Shown one piece after another: positions 55,681 to 64,000 of a stretch of DNA of 64,000 nucleotides. Position 1 is the first letter of the stretch. Each line of letters starts with the position of its first letter. This DNA comes from Candidatus Latescibacterota bacterium (GTDB taxonomy: Bacteria > Latescibacterota > UBA2968 > UBA8231). Below the pieces are notes generated by a model, which was not told the origin of the DNA, searched no databases, and saw only the letters and a list, made by a program, of their open reading frames with translations. Where the stretch lies: assembly GCA_965203175.1 (NCBI GenBank), contig OZ241867.1, positions 3,808,001 to 3,872,000 on the forward strand, read 5' to 3'. Position numbers and translations under genes: made by a program.

Positions 55681-58479
55681 TTACTGTTCCACCCCGGCGT
55701 AGATGGTTATGAAGGTAGTGGTGCCAGTTGCGGTGGTGGACTTTTTGTCGACCTCCAGATCCATCATCTCGATGGCCTCTAAGGATGTCCTAGATAGTCG
55801 GAATCCTGTCTGTAACAATAATACGTAGCCTAGGTAATCCGTCGTGGTTGACCACTGAACGGCTAGGTTAGTCTCGTTTAGATCCCCCGTTGGTCCCAGT
55901 ACGCTGTCCTGGACCAAGGCATCTTCGTCTGCCTTCAATTCCCTTAGCTGTCTGAACTCCGTGCCCATTTCAATCATCGAATGCCTCAGCACTGGGAATT
56001 TGAGAATCACCGACAAGAATCCATCCCATTCCTCGATATCTGCCTCGCGGCGCAAGAATGGTGTGCGCTTCAAGTACTGGCTTTTGAAGCGCGGCTGGAT
56101 GCTCAGACCTTCAAGTCGGTAGGTATAATCAACTTTGTTGATAAGCCCGAAAAAGGACGACCTATCGTGGAGCGGGCTTCTGTCCAAAGCCCTGAGATCA
56201 TCGCTGCGCTGAACGTACAGATCGTATTTGATCTTATTGCGGATGTTCAACTGCGAAATCCGCGTATAGTCGAATCCGATAAACAGGGAATTCACCCAGG
56301 TATCCTGGGCGGGCAGAATATCGGCAACCTTAGCGGGCAGACCCGCCAAGAGAAATCCCTGTGGCGCACGGCGGTCATCGGGGATGGTATCTTTGGCTCG
56401 TTTTAGCATATTGAACGCCCGCAAACGCCCTAGGCCGGCCCAATTCTCATCCACGGTCACTAGCCCGTAGGTGGTCGTATTCTCTCGCTCGGAGGAGAGC
56501 AGTTCCTCGCGGGTCTGTCCCACGCTCACCCGGACACTTGGGATGACATGAGCTCCGGAATAGGCATTGTAGCCTCTGTGGTCCCTCTTGTAGGGGAAAT
56601 CTGGCTCGTCGTCGTTCTCGAAACGGTCAATCCAGTCGTTGTTGTTCAAGTCAATGCCAAAGAGAAATTCCGGCCGGTCGACCTCGTACCTGAGAAAGGG
56701 CTCGTCGTAATCGGGGATGCGATTGCTGATTGTCCGATTGTCGTTCTGGTTGAAATCGCTCACGAAATCGTTGTTTTCGTCCCAGCCGGGGAAGATGGCA
56801 AAATCGGGACCTGGCTGACCGCCTCGCTGCCAATCGGGCAGCCGATCCTGATCGTCGTTATCTTCGACGAACTCGTAGAAAAACTGGGAAGGCTGATCGT
56901 AGTTGATATCGCCATTTTGGTTGAGTAGGAAGGAACTAGTGGAGTAGTCGTGGTCCATGGAAAAGGCCTCGCCGAAGAAGAACCAAGGATAATCCTGAAA
57001 GGAGAGGTTCATCATCCAAGCATCCGCTCGGGTCGAAGCATCCTCAAAGGAACGATCTTCGGTAAACAGGGCTAGGTTGGGATACTGCCTGAATTTCTGG
57101 TTGATGTCGTACTCGCCGTAGAAGTTGAAACCTAGGACGTCCTGCGCCTCAACGGTAAAGCCATAAATCTGCGTGGCAGTGGGTAGGCCGTAGTCGAAAA
57201 CCAACCTTCTCCGGTTGGAGCCATCCTTGGTATTGTCGGGTGCACGTGCGATCTCGATCAGGACCGGATTCCTCTCGTCGAGGATCGCTCTGGTCAGAGG
57301 TGCTTCCGGTGGGGTTTCCTGCCCGGTCTGGCGGTCGGACCACACCTCGACTTTGTAGTCGTTGGCCAGGACCAAATCAAAGGTCACTTTTACGATCTCA
57401 GTCGGGTCGGGACCGACATAGGCCGGATCGTTAAAATCGTAGTTGATGATGATCCGCTGAATGCCGTTGGCCGCCAAGAAACCCTCTTCCCGAAAACCGC
57501 CTTCTATGACTGGCCAGCGCGTTGGATCGTTGGTTAGGTCGGCGAGGCTGAGCGTTTCGCGGATTCCGTTCTGGAAATCTTCGCGCACCACGATTAAATC
57601 GTGGGAAAAAAGCGCGGTTCCTCCCTCTCCGTCTTCGGGCGAATCATCGCTGAGCACGAGGGCGATGGCGTTAATAGGCACTCTGGCCTGCCCGTCGCCG
57701 AGTGTGCCCTTGGTGGGATTGCTGTCGAAGGAACCCAGCGTGGTACGGGTGTTGTGGGCATTGACCCAAGTCGCGCCGACGGTGACGAAATCGCCCACCT
57801 GGGCTAGGGCCCGGCCGCCGAGCATATTGGTGGCATTGGTCCGGGTATCGGCGCTGGAGACGGACGACCTGACCGGACTACTGATCCTTGAAAGGAGGAG
57901 CGTGCCAGCGTATTTATCGGCTGCGAGATCTAGCTGAATACCGTTGAATGCAGGCTTGGAAAAGGTCATGGGGGTAAGGGTGGTGCGTATCTGATCCCCC
58001 GTGGTTATGGAGTAGAGAGTACCGCCTTTTGAATCCGTGGCGATCAATACTTGATTGAACCAACCCTGATACCGCGAATCCTGGTAGATGGAACTGCCCA
58101 GAGGGGTCAAGGCTTCCTGACGCCAGTCGTAGATGAGCCAGCCCCGGTTGACGAAATTGCCGAACGTGTCGTAGAAATATTCGCCTTCCCGAGTCGTGTT
58201 TACGTAGCGCTCATAGCGATCTCGGGCATAGTTGGAGTATTCCCAAGTCCGGAAGCGGTAATCGTGGTAGAGTTCTTGGGGGACATACCATCGTTTCACT
58301 GTGGGGTCAAGGGCGTCGAAAAATACCCCTGGTCCCAAGGGTTCAAAGGTGACCTTGCCCCCCCTCTGCTGCCCGAGGCGGTTGTTGTAGTCTTGGGAAA
58401 AAGCCGTCGTGTTCAAAGCCGCGACTATCCACAGTGCTATCCATACTCTGGACCATTCTCTGTAACCTGCATCTACCAT
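55681..58479 (-). CDS. Family A putative outer-membrane beta-barrel protein (paralog 3 of 3)
   Basis: Signal peptide; GPGVFFDALDPTVKRWYVPQELY, RTTLTPMTFSKP, FPGWDENNDFVSDFNQNDN, GIDLNNNDWIDRFEND; ends FITIYAGVEQ. Confidence 0.7.
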   Translation of the reverse strand: MVDAGYREWSRVWIALWIVAALNTTAFSQDYNNRLGQQRGGKVTFEPLGPGVFFDALDPTVKRWYVPQELYHDYRFRTWEYSNYARDRYERYVNTTREGEYFYDTFGNFVNRGWLIYDWRQEALTPLGSSIYQDSRYQGWFNQVLIATDSKGGTLYSITTGDQIRTTLTPMTFSKPAFNGIQLDLAADKYAGTLLLSRISSPVRSSVSSADTRTNATNMLGGRALAQVGDFVTVGATWVNAHNTRTTLGSFDSNPTKGTLGDGQARVPINAIALVLSDDSPEDGEGGTALFSHDLIVVREDFQNGIRETLSLADLTNDPTRWPVIEGGFREEGFLAANGIQRIIINYDFNDPAYVGPDPTEIVKVTFDLVLANDYKVEVWSDRQTGQETPPEAPLTRAILDERNPVLIEIARAPDNTKDGSNRRRLVFDYGLPTATQIYGFTVEAQDVLGFNFYGEYDINQKFRQYPNLALFTEDRSFEDASTRADAWMMNLSFQDYPWFFFGEAFSMDHDYSTSSFLLNQNGDINYDQPSQFFYEFVEDNDDQDRLPDWQRGGQPGPDFAIFPGWDENNDFVSDFNQNDNRTISNRIPDYDEPFLRYEVDRPEFLFGIDLNNNDWIDRFENDDEPDFPYKRDHRGYNAYSGAHVIPSVRVSVGQTREELLSSERENTTTYGLVTVDENWAGLGRLRAFNMLKRAKDTIPDDRRAPQGFLLAGLPAKVADILPAQDTWVNSLFIGFDYTRISQLNIRNKIKYDLYVQRSDDLRALDRSPLHDRSSFFGLINKVDYTYRLEGLSIQPRFKSQYLKRTPFLRREADIEEWDGFLSVILKFPVLRHSMIEMGTEFRQLRELKADEDALVQDSVLGPTGDLNETNLAVQWSTTTDYLGYVLLLQTGFRLSRTSLEAIEMMDLEVDKKSTTATGTTTFITIYAGVEQ

Positions 58480-58537
58480 CAGGTGTCCCTCCCATTAGCA
58501 AGCGCTTCTCAGAAGCAATCCATACCCCGGCCAGCCT

Positions 58538-60760
58538 TCAATAGGCCACGCCTATGAGGCCGCTCGCCCCGGCCTTGCCGCCGTCGGTGTCCAAATCAAT
58601 GTTGAAAATGTAGAGGCCAGGCGGTACGGTGTTTCCCCGGCCATCTGTGCCGTCCCACGTTCTAGTAAAGCGACCACTCTGGTCGATCCCGCGATAGACT
58701 TCCCGCACCATGCTGCCGGACAAGTCGTATATCCGCAGACCCACATTGGCCCCACTGATGAGATCGGTTATATCAAAGTGTATCTGCGCACTATCGTTGA
58801 TCTGATCCCCATTGGGCGTAAAGACTGTTGGTACGGCGTTGACGTTGATCAGCAAGTCACCCTTTTTCGCCACTTGGACCACTAGATTTCCCGGGTCGCG
58901 GATGAGTGAGGCATTGGAACTTTCTTGGGTCAGGGCAAAGACATTGCCTCCCACCACCCGTTGCGGCACTTCGCCGGGGGTTTCAGACAACGCCAAGGAG
59001 GAAAAGGCGGTTCCAGTCCGCAGTACCACGCATTGGAAGACCACATCCAAGGCAGTCATCTGTCCCGCTTCTATGCGGCTGTTTTCCACTGTGGGGAAGC
59101 TGATCTGGAAGCGATTTTCCTCTACCAAATCAATGCGGAAATCTCCGCGTTCTACCGGGAGGTCGCTCAGGTCTGAGTCCGAGAAATTCTGTTCGAGGCG
59201 GGATCCATCCGGCAGCGACATCCCAATCCGATCTACTGCGTCCACCTTTACGGGTGTGCTGATTTCGACGGAACTGAAGCCTTGATCGATTTCGGGCCGT
59301 ATATCGGGAACAAGCACTAGGGAAAACTCTGTTTTTTGACCCAGGTCCGCCTGACGCGGGGTGATTTCTCCCACGATCTCTGAGGCCAGTACCGGGCTAG
59401 AAAAATCGAAAGACAGCGAACCGATGCCCTTGGCTGAAAAGAGATCTTCACTCAAATAGTCCACCTTGAACTGAAAGTAGCGTCTTGGACCGGGAGACAC
59501 GATTGGCACCCCGCCCATCCCAGCGGATACATTATCAGCGCTAGTTATACCCGCGCTCGCATAGGGCGGAGACCAAGCGCTCCAGTTTTCCAAGTCGTCC
59601 CGCACCGAACCTCTATTGCCCGACCTCAGTTTTTTGTATTCGGCTTGGGTCAGCGATATCTCATTCTTCCTATCGAGAGGGAGGTCTTTGTATAGCAGCC
59701 GGGCCCGCTTTATGTCGAGATCGGGCGAGTCGAGTTGGCTAACGATTTCCCTCGCTTGACTGCCTTCGTCGAATTCCTCGGCCGTCTTCCAAGGCACTTC
59801 AGCTCCGTCGAGATCGCTGCGGAGGCGATTGAACACGACTGGAGAATCGTCAAAGCCGCTCCTAGTACTGATGGGCACTTGGGAGCGGATGGGGTCGCCC
59901 TGGCTTTCCTCCTCCCAGCGCAAATTTCCCCAAAGGGCTAAATTTTCTCCCAGATCGAATACATCTGAATGATACTCTGCCGTGGGCACGAAGCCTTCGC
60001 CGAAAACTTGGAACTCGCCTATTTCAAAGCCCACTGTGGTCTGGGACTTTAGCTGGAGGTAGCGCACATACTGGGGCTCTATCTGCACATCCACTACTGG
60101 CTGATCGTTCTGCAGTACGAGCAGAATGCTGGTAAATACCGGCAAGCCAGCGGCTAGTGTCTCTCGTGTGCCGTCGTTAAGAAAAAGCTCATAGGCCCTC
60201 ATGTAATCGTCCTGAAAGGGAAAATCAGGAGCGAGAAAGTCTGGATCGGCGTTCCTGGGGAAGAAGCGGATGCGACTCACACCAAATCGCGCTCCTAGGT
60301 CGAACTGGAGGACCACGCCCAGCGCCCGGACATTCTGACCAGGGGAACTTTTCCTTTCAAAGGCCGAGCTGGCATTATTGTCTATCATTTTCAACAGATC
60401 TTTGCTCAGATCTGCGAGAACAGTGGGCGCGGTTACGGACCCGCCTCGGTCCAGCAGTTGCAAGGCGATGTTGTCAGTTTGGTCGGCCTTTTCGGGAAAA
60501 ATCCATCCCTCCCGCGCAGAAAAGTCGATAATCCCTCCAGGTACGTTTTCGTTGGTCACCTCTTGGGGGCCTAAGATGATTATCGGATCTATACCACCTC
60601 CACCGTCCTGCCAAGGTCGGCCTTCCGCTCCACCGAGAATGATTAACTCCTTGGTTTCCCCAATACCCACAGACCCGTAGGCGGAGAGCAAAATCCCTAT
60701 AATCAGATATGAGCGTAAATTCGAGCTAAAATCCACTTGCATCGGAGTCCTAACCTCCAA
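58538..60760 (-). CDS. Family B subtype B1 paralog
   Basis: RGGSVTAPTV, AFERKS, DLGARFGVSRIRFFPRN, FQDDYMRAYELFLNDG, WSAWSPPY, FTPNGDQIND, ends GVAY; start may be the ATG at 60742. Confidence 0.75.
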   Translation of the reverse strand: MEVRTPMQVDFSSNLRSYLIIGILLSAYGSVGIGETKELIILGGAEGRPWQDGGGGIDPIIILGPQEVTNENVPGGIIDFSAREGWIFPEKADQTDNIALQLLDRGGSVTAPTVLADLSKDLLKMIDNNASSAFERKSSPGQNVRALGVVLQFDLGARFGVSRIRFFPRNADPDFLAPDFPFQDDYMRAYELFLNDGTRETLAAGLPVFTSILLVLQNDQPVVDVQIEPQYVRYLQLKSQTTVGFEIGEFQVFGEGFVPTAEYHSDVFDLGENLALWGNLRWEEESQGDPIRSQVPISTRSGFDDSPVVFNRLRSDLDGAEVPWKTAEEFDEGSQAREIVSQLDSPDLDIKRARLLYKDLPLDRKNEISLTQAEYKKLRSGNRGSVRDDLENWSAWSPPYASAGITSADNVSAGMGGVPIVSPGPRRYFQFKVDYLSEDLFSAKGIGSLSFDFSSPVLASEIVGEITPRQADLGQKTEFSLVLVPDIRPEIDQGFSSVEISTPVKVDAVDRIGMSLPDGSRLEQNFSDSDLSDLPVERGDFRIDLVEENRFQISFPTVENSRIEAGQMTALDVVFQCVVLRTGTAFSSLALSETPGEVPQRVVGGNVFALTQESSNASLIRDPGNLVVQVAKKGDLLINVNAVPTVFTPNGDQINDSAQIHFDITDLISGANVGLRIYDLSGSMVREVYRGIDQSGRFTRTWDGTDGRGNTVPPGLYIFNIDLDTDGGKAGASGLIGVAY

Positions 60761-60774
60761 TTGGATTCATATCC

Positions 60775-62679
60775 CTAGTAGGCGACATGTAATGGTTTTA
60801 CGGCCTCGACCGTTTGATGGTCGGCCTCGACAGAGACGCGGTATAGATACAGCCCCGGCGGCACCAGCCGCCCCGACTCGTCCAGACCATCCCACGTCCG
60901 CTCATAGACACCAACCCCATCCAAGCCCTCATACACCTGACGCACCAGCCGCCCCGACAAATCCCACACCGCCACTACCACCCAGGACGGACTCGTCAAC
61001 TCCACCAAGCTATACCCCAAGCCCACTACATCGTTGTGCGCATCCCCGTTGGGCGTCAAAACCGTTGGTCCGGCCTCTATCTGCAGCACGTTTTGATGTT
61101 GCGCGCGGGTGGCTACCCACACCCGATTGTCCTCATAGGCCGGGGTAGCATCGCCTTCCTGCACGCTCTGGGGCACCTCCAACGGTAGGGCACTGTCCCA
61201 CACTCGCATTGAAAAAGCCGAGCCATAGCGCAATACCTCCGCCTCGAAGAGCACCTCGACCAAAGCACCCGAATCCTGAGCTGTCAGCCGAGGGATACTC
61301 ACGACCACTCGGTGTGGCTCGGCCGCTTCCACGGCATAATCTACCGGCTCATCGCCGATGCGCACTTGGCTTACGGGACCTAGCCGCGCCACGGTGGCCA
61401 CCTCCAATCGGTCAAAGCCGCCACTATCCACCCCAATGGTGGGTCGCATCACATAGGTAAACTGCTGCGGCTGTCCCACCTTTACTTCGACCGGCCAGAC
61501 CTCGCCGACCAACTGCGTGGCCACCGGTGGGGAAGCGCGTACTTCGAGAAAGTCCACCTGCCCACCATCGTCGTCTTGGGGCAGAAAATCGACCCTAAGT
61601 TGGAGGTAGCGTCTTGGACTCAGCGACACCACGGGGGTGCCACTGCTGTCGGTAAAGGCATAGGGGGACGACCAGAACGTCCAGTTGGCTCGATCGTAGC
61701 CGATACCAGCTTTTTCACCGATAGCTAGCTTGGCGTAGTCGGTTCGGCTGACGGATATTTTTTCGTCGCCTCGTCCGGTGAAGCGCCAGAACAGGTTGGG
61801 GTCTTCGTCTTGTCCAGATCGGGATTGGATGAGGACGCGGGCTTTGGGGTCTTGTCGTCCGGCCCAGCGCAGGTTGCCCCAGGCCATCGGCTGACCAAAA
61901 TCGAGAATATTGGAGATATAAGTCGATTGTTCGACAAAGCCTTTGGCGTAGACTTCTATCTCGTTGACTTCCCAGTCCTCGTTGTGCTCGCCGATAGTGA
62001 CTTGAACAAAACTCGCTCTATCGTGCGGTGGGATGGGGATATCGAGGATCTGCTCTCGATTGTCGCGCACCTCGACGATCCAAGGCGAATAGGGGCGGGG
62101 GTGCTGGTAAACAGCTTGGCTTGGCTGCTCTTCGTTGAGGTGGATGCGAACGTTCTGTGCTATTCTGCTCGGATCGGTCAACCCGGATATAATCCGAATC
62201 CGGTCGATGAGATGAAGAACCCCCAGATTGAGATTTGCCGTGCCCGGAGTGCCGAAATCGTCGGTGCAGCTAAGGAAGTAATTCCTTTCCTCGAATTCGG
62301 AGCACAGATATCGTTCTGCTAACCAGAAAGTGGTGGTGTCCCCATCCCATACCTGCCCGTTCGTTTGCTTTCTGATATGGCTTCCCCCTTTTTCTTCAAT
62401 TCCGGGGGCTATATTGAAGGTAGGATCTCGTTTTAGAGCCCGAATGGCGGCGGCGTCTATATCCAGTTCGATGGTCTCTCCGCCTAGGGAAGGATCGAGA
62501 TCGGTCCAACTCAACTGGATAAATTCCACCTCTTCACTGTCTACTTCTGGAGGTGGATCCAGCGTTTCGCCACCAAAGCGGTAGATGACCAGCCCAGAGG
62601 CCTCGTCTGCCAAAAAACCGACCCAAAAACAGAAAGGCCAGATCAGGGTACAAAAGAATGGAGCCGTCCTCATTGACAT
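60775..62679 (-). CDS. Family B subtype B2 paralog
   Basis: WDGDTTT, DWEVNEIEVYAKGFV, ILDFGQPMAWG, WTFWSSPY, SPRRYLQ, LTPNGDAHND, ends HVAY. Confidence 0.75.
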   Translation of the reverse strand: MSMRTAPFFCTLIWPFCFWVGFLADEASGLVIYRFGGETLDPPPEVDSEEVEFIQLSWTDLDPSLGGETIELDIDAAAIRALKRDPTFNIAPGIEEKGGSHIRKQTNGQVWDGDTTTFWLAERYLCSEFEERNYFLSCTDDFGTPGTANLNLGVLHLIDRIRIISGLTDPSRIAQNVRIHLNEEQPSQAVYQHPRPYSPWIVEVRDNREQILDIPIPPHDRASFVQVTIGEHNEDWEVNEIEVYAKGFVEQSTYISNILDFGQPMAWGNLRWAGRQDPKARVLIQSRSGQDEDPNLFWRFTGRGDEKISVSRTDYAKLAIGEKAGIGYDRANWTFWSSPYAFTDSSGTPVVSLSPRRYLQLRVDFLPQDDDGGQVDFLEVRASPPVATQLVGEVWPVEVKVGQPQQFTYVMRPTIGVDSGGFDRLEVATVARLGPVSQVRIGDEPVDYAVEAAEPHRVVVSIPRLTAQDSGALVEVLFEAEVLRYGSAFSMRVWDSALPLEVPQSVQEGDATPAYEDNRVWVATRAQHQNVLQIEAGPTVLTPNGDAHNDVVGLGYSLVELTSPSWVVVAVWDLSGRLVRQVYEGLDGVGVYERTWDGLDESGRLVPPGLYLYRVSVEADHQTVEAVKPLHVAY

Positions 62680-62717
62680 GTACCTCGCAAATCCTGGACG
62701 CCGGTCTTACGCATCCC

Positions 62718-64000
62718 TCAGTACGCTACATGGACCACCCGCTGCACAAAAGTGTTATCGGCCGAGCCAGAATCCACATCCACCTTTACCCTAGCCAAGT
62801 ATATCCCCGGAGGAACCGGCTCGCCCAAATGATCCTTGCCATCCCAGCGAAAAGTATAATTCCCGCGAGGATCTGGCCGGCGTTCTTCTATCCGATTGGC
62901 CTCAACCCCACTCAGATCGTAAACGGTCAGAGTCACTGGTCTCTCAGCACCCACCCGCGCTACGCCAAAGCTGACTACTAGCTCATCATTGACGCCGTCC
63001 CCATTGGGCGTGAATACCCGCGACCCCAGTCTGAAATCCCTAATAATTTCGTCCCCGCTGAGTGCTAGGACGGTGACGGTCTGGCTGCTGACCAGTTCCG
63101 TAGGATCGCCCTCGTCAACTCGCTGCCAGAATCCAGGTACGGCGGAATTCTGTACCAGGGCTCTAAAGGAGGCACTGTTGCCGAATATGGTAGCGCGAAA
63201 CCGGACCTGAACTAGTTCCGTTCCGCGGTCAATTTTCTCGTCCAAGCGCAACATGAGGGAGTCGGCAGGCGTATCGATCAGAGTCAGATCAGCTGGTGCG
63301 TAGTTGGTGGTTTGTCCGTTGGCGAAATCATCCTTACTTCCCGTCCGGACTTCAAGCAACTCCATCTCAGTACCCGCCGTGGCCTCTAAGCTGATCTCGT
63401 CGAAACCTTGGCCTGTCGCAGTGAAATCAGGCCGGATGAAGTAAGAGAATTCCTCAGGGGTGCCCACGGTCTCAATCCGGGTGGGCCATACTTCTCCCAC
63501 CAGCCGATCAGCAACGGGATCTGAGGTGTTGATGGCAATGGAGCGGAGGGTGGCACCCGCGTCCGCCCTGTCCGAGAGCAATATGAGCCGAAGTTCCATA
63601 TACTGTCTAGGACTGGGGGATTTGATCGCTTCCCCGGACTGAGTGTTCGGCACGCTCCACGTGCTCCAATCGTCACCCGGTTTGAATGTGCTGGTGATAT
63701 CGCCCTTTTTGGACTTAGGCAGCTTGTTGTAGCGCTTCTCGGTGACTACTTTGCCATTGGAATCGTGGTAGATTTTCTCTTCTATCAGCTCATTGCCTGT
63801 CCGGGTCTGCAGTTGGACCTGGGTCCCGGCCGGTGTATCCGCCTCCCACTCTACGGAAATCAGGTTCTTAGGTTCGTTAAATTGGATTAGATCCGAGGTC
63901 AGCGATACTTCCGCCACAAAGCCCTCGCCATAGAGCATCACTTCCGTAAAAGCTATGTAGCTGAGCGAACTCAATGGATTCTGGAACGGCGAGCGGATAA
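62718..64000 (-). CDS. Family B subtype B3 paralog, 5' truncated by window edge
   Basis: Frame stays open to 64000; TEVMLYGEGFV, QTRTG, WSTWS, SPSPRQYM, FTPNGDGVNDE, ends HVAY. Confidence 0.75.
   Translation of the reverse strand, partial: IRSPFQNPLSSLSYIAFTEVMLYGEGFVAEVSLTSDLIQFNEPKNLISVEWEADTPAGTQVQLQTRTGNELIEEKIYHDSNGKVVTEKRYNKLPKSKKGDITSTFKPGDDWSTWSVPNTQSGEAIKSPSPRQYMELRLILLSDRADAGATLRSIAINTSDPVADRLVGEVWPTRIETVGTPEEFSYFIRPDFTATGQGFDEISLEATAGTEMELLEVRTGSKDDFANGQTTNYAPADLTLIDTPADSLMLRLDEKIDRGTELVQVRFRATIFGNSASFRALVQNSAVPGFWQRVDEGDPTELVSSQTVTVLALSGDEIIRDFRLGSRVFTPNGDGVNDELVVSFGVARVGAERPVTLTVYDLSGVEANRIEERRPDPRGNYTFRWDGKDHLGEPVPPGIYLARVKVDVDSGSADNTFVQRVVHVAY

Noticed and set aside
21967-64000. 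Calling the A/B locus a canonical T9SS, flagellar flgD cluster or SusCD PUL
   Set aside because: No recognisable GldKLMN, SprA, PorV, PorU, flagellar genes, TonB-dependent receptor plug or SusD; only the CTD-like domain is shared.
1-64000. CRISPR arrays, tRNA/rRNA genes, transposases, prophage genes
   Set aside because: No regularly spaced repeats, cloverleaf or rRNA-like tracts, or mobile-element proteins recognised; intergenic gaps are all short.

Overview
GC-rich bacterial window. It most plausibly comes from an FCB-superphylum candidate lineage (Latescibacterota/Poribacteria-like); this is inferred from the C-terminal WGxIK motif, the FlgD/CTD-type proteins and the DUF6785-like paralogs. 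Positions 1-19.7 kb are mostly housekeeping: M20 peptidase end, DUF624-like protein, nnr, carB, a TPR lipoprotein with a TonB C-terminal domain, pyrK-pyrD, AAA+/DUF4143, Uma2, pcm, GT9, an orphan rplC, HIT, GT2, an MFS-HEAT fusion and a TIM-barrel epimerase. Positions 19.7-64 kb hold two parallel copies of an uncharacterised cell-envelope module. Each copy has one member of each of three subtypes (B1, B2, B3) of secreted discoidin-like/FlgD-Ig proteins that all end in V-A/V-Y. Each also has one or two ~900-aa putative outer-membrane barrel proteins (family A) with an Asp/Asn-rich motif, and two DUF6785/DUF6784-like inner-membrane proteins nearby. Accessory genes include a SurA/PrsA-like PPIase, a WGRIK-tailed secreted protein, three GT-C-type glycosyltransferases, a GMC oxidoreductase with a Tat partner, an HTTM-like protein and an amidohydrolase. 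I saw no rRNA, tRNA, CRISPR array or transposase. All family assignments come from motif recognition by eye, not from database searches.
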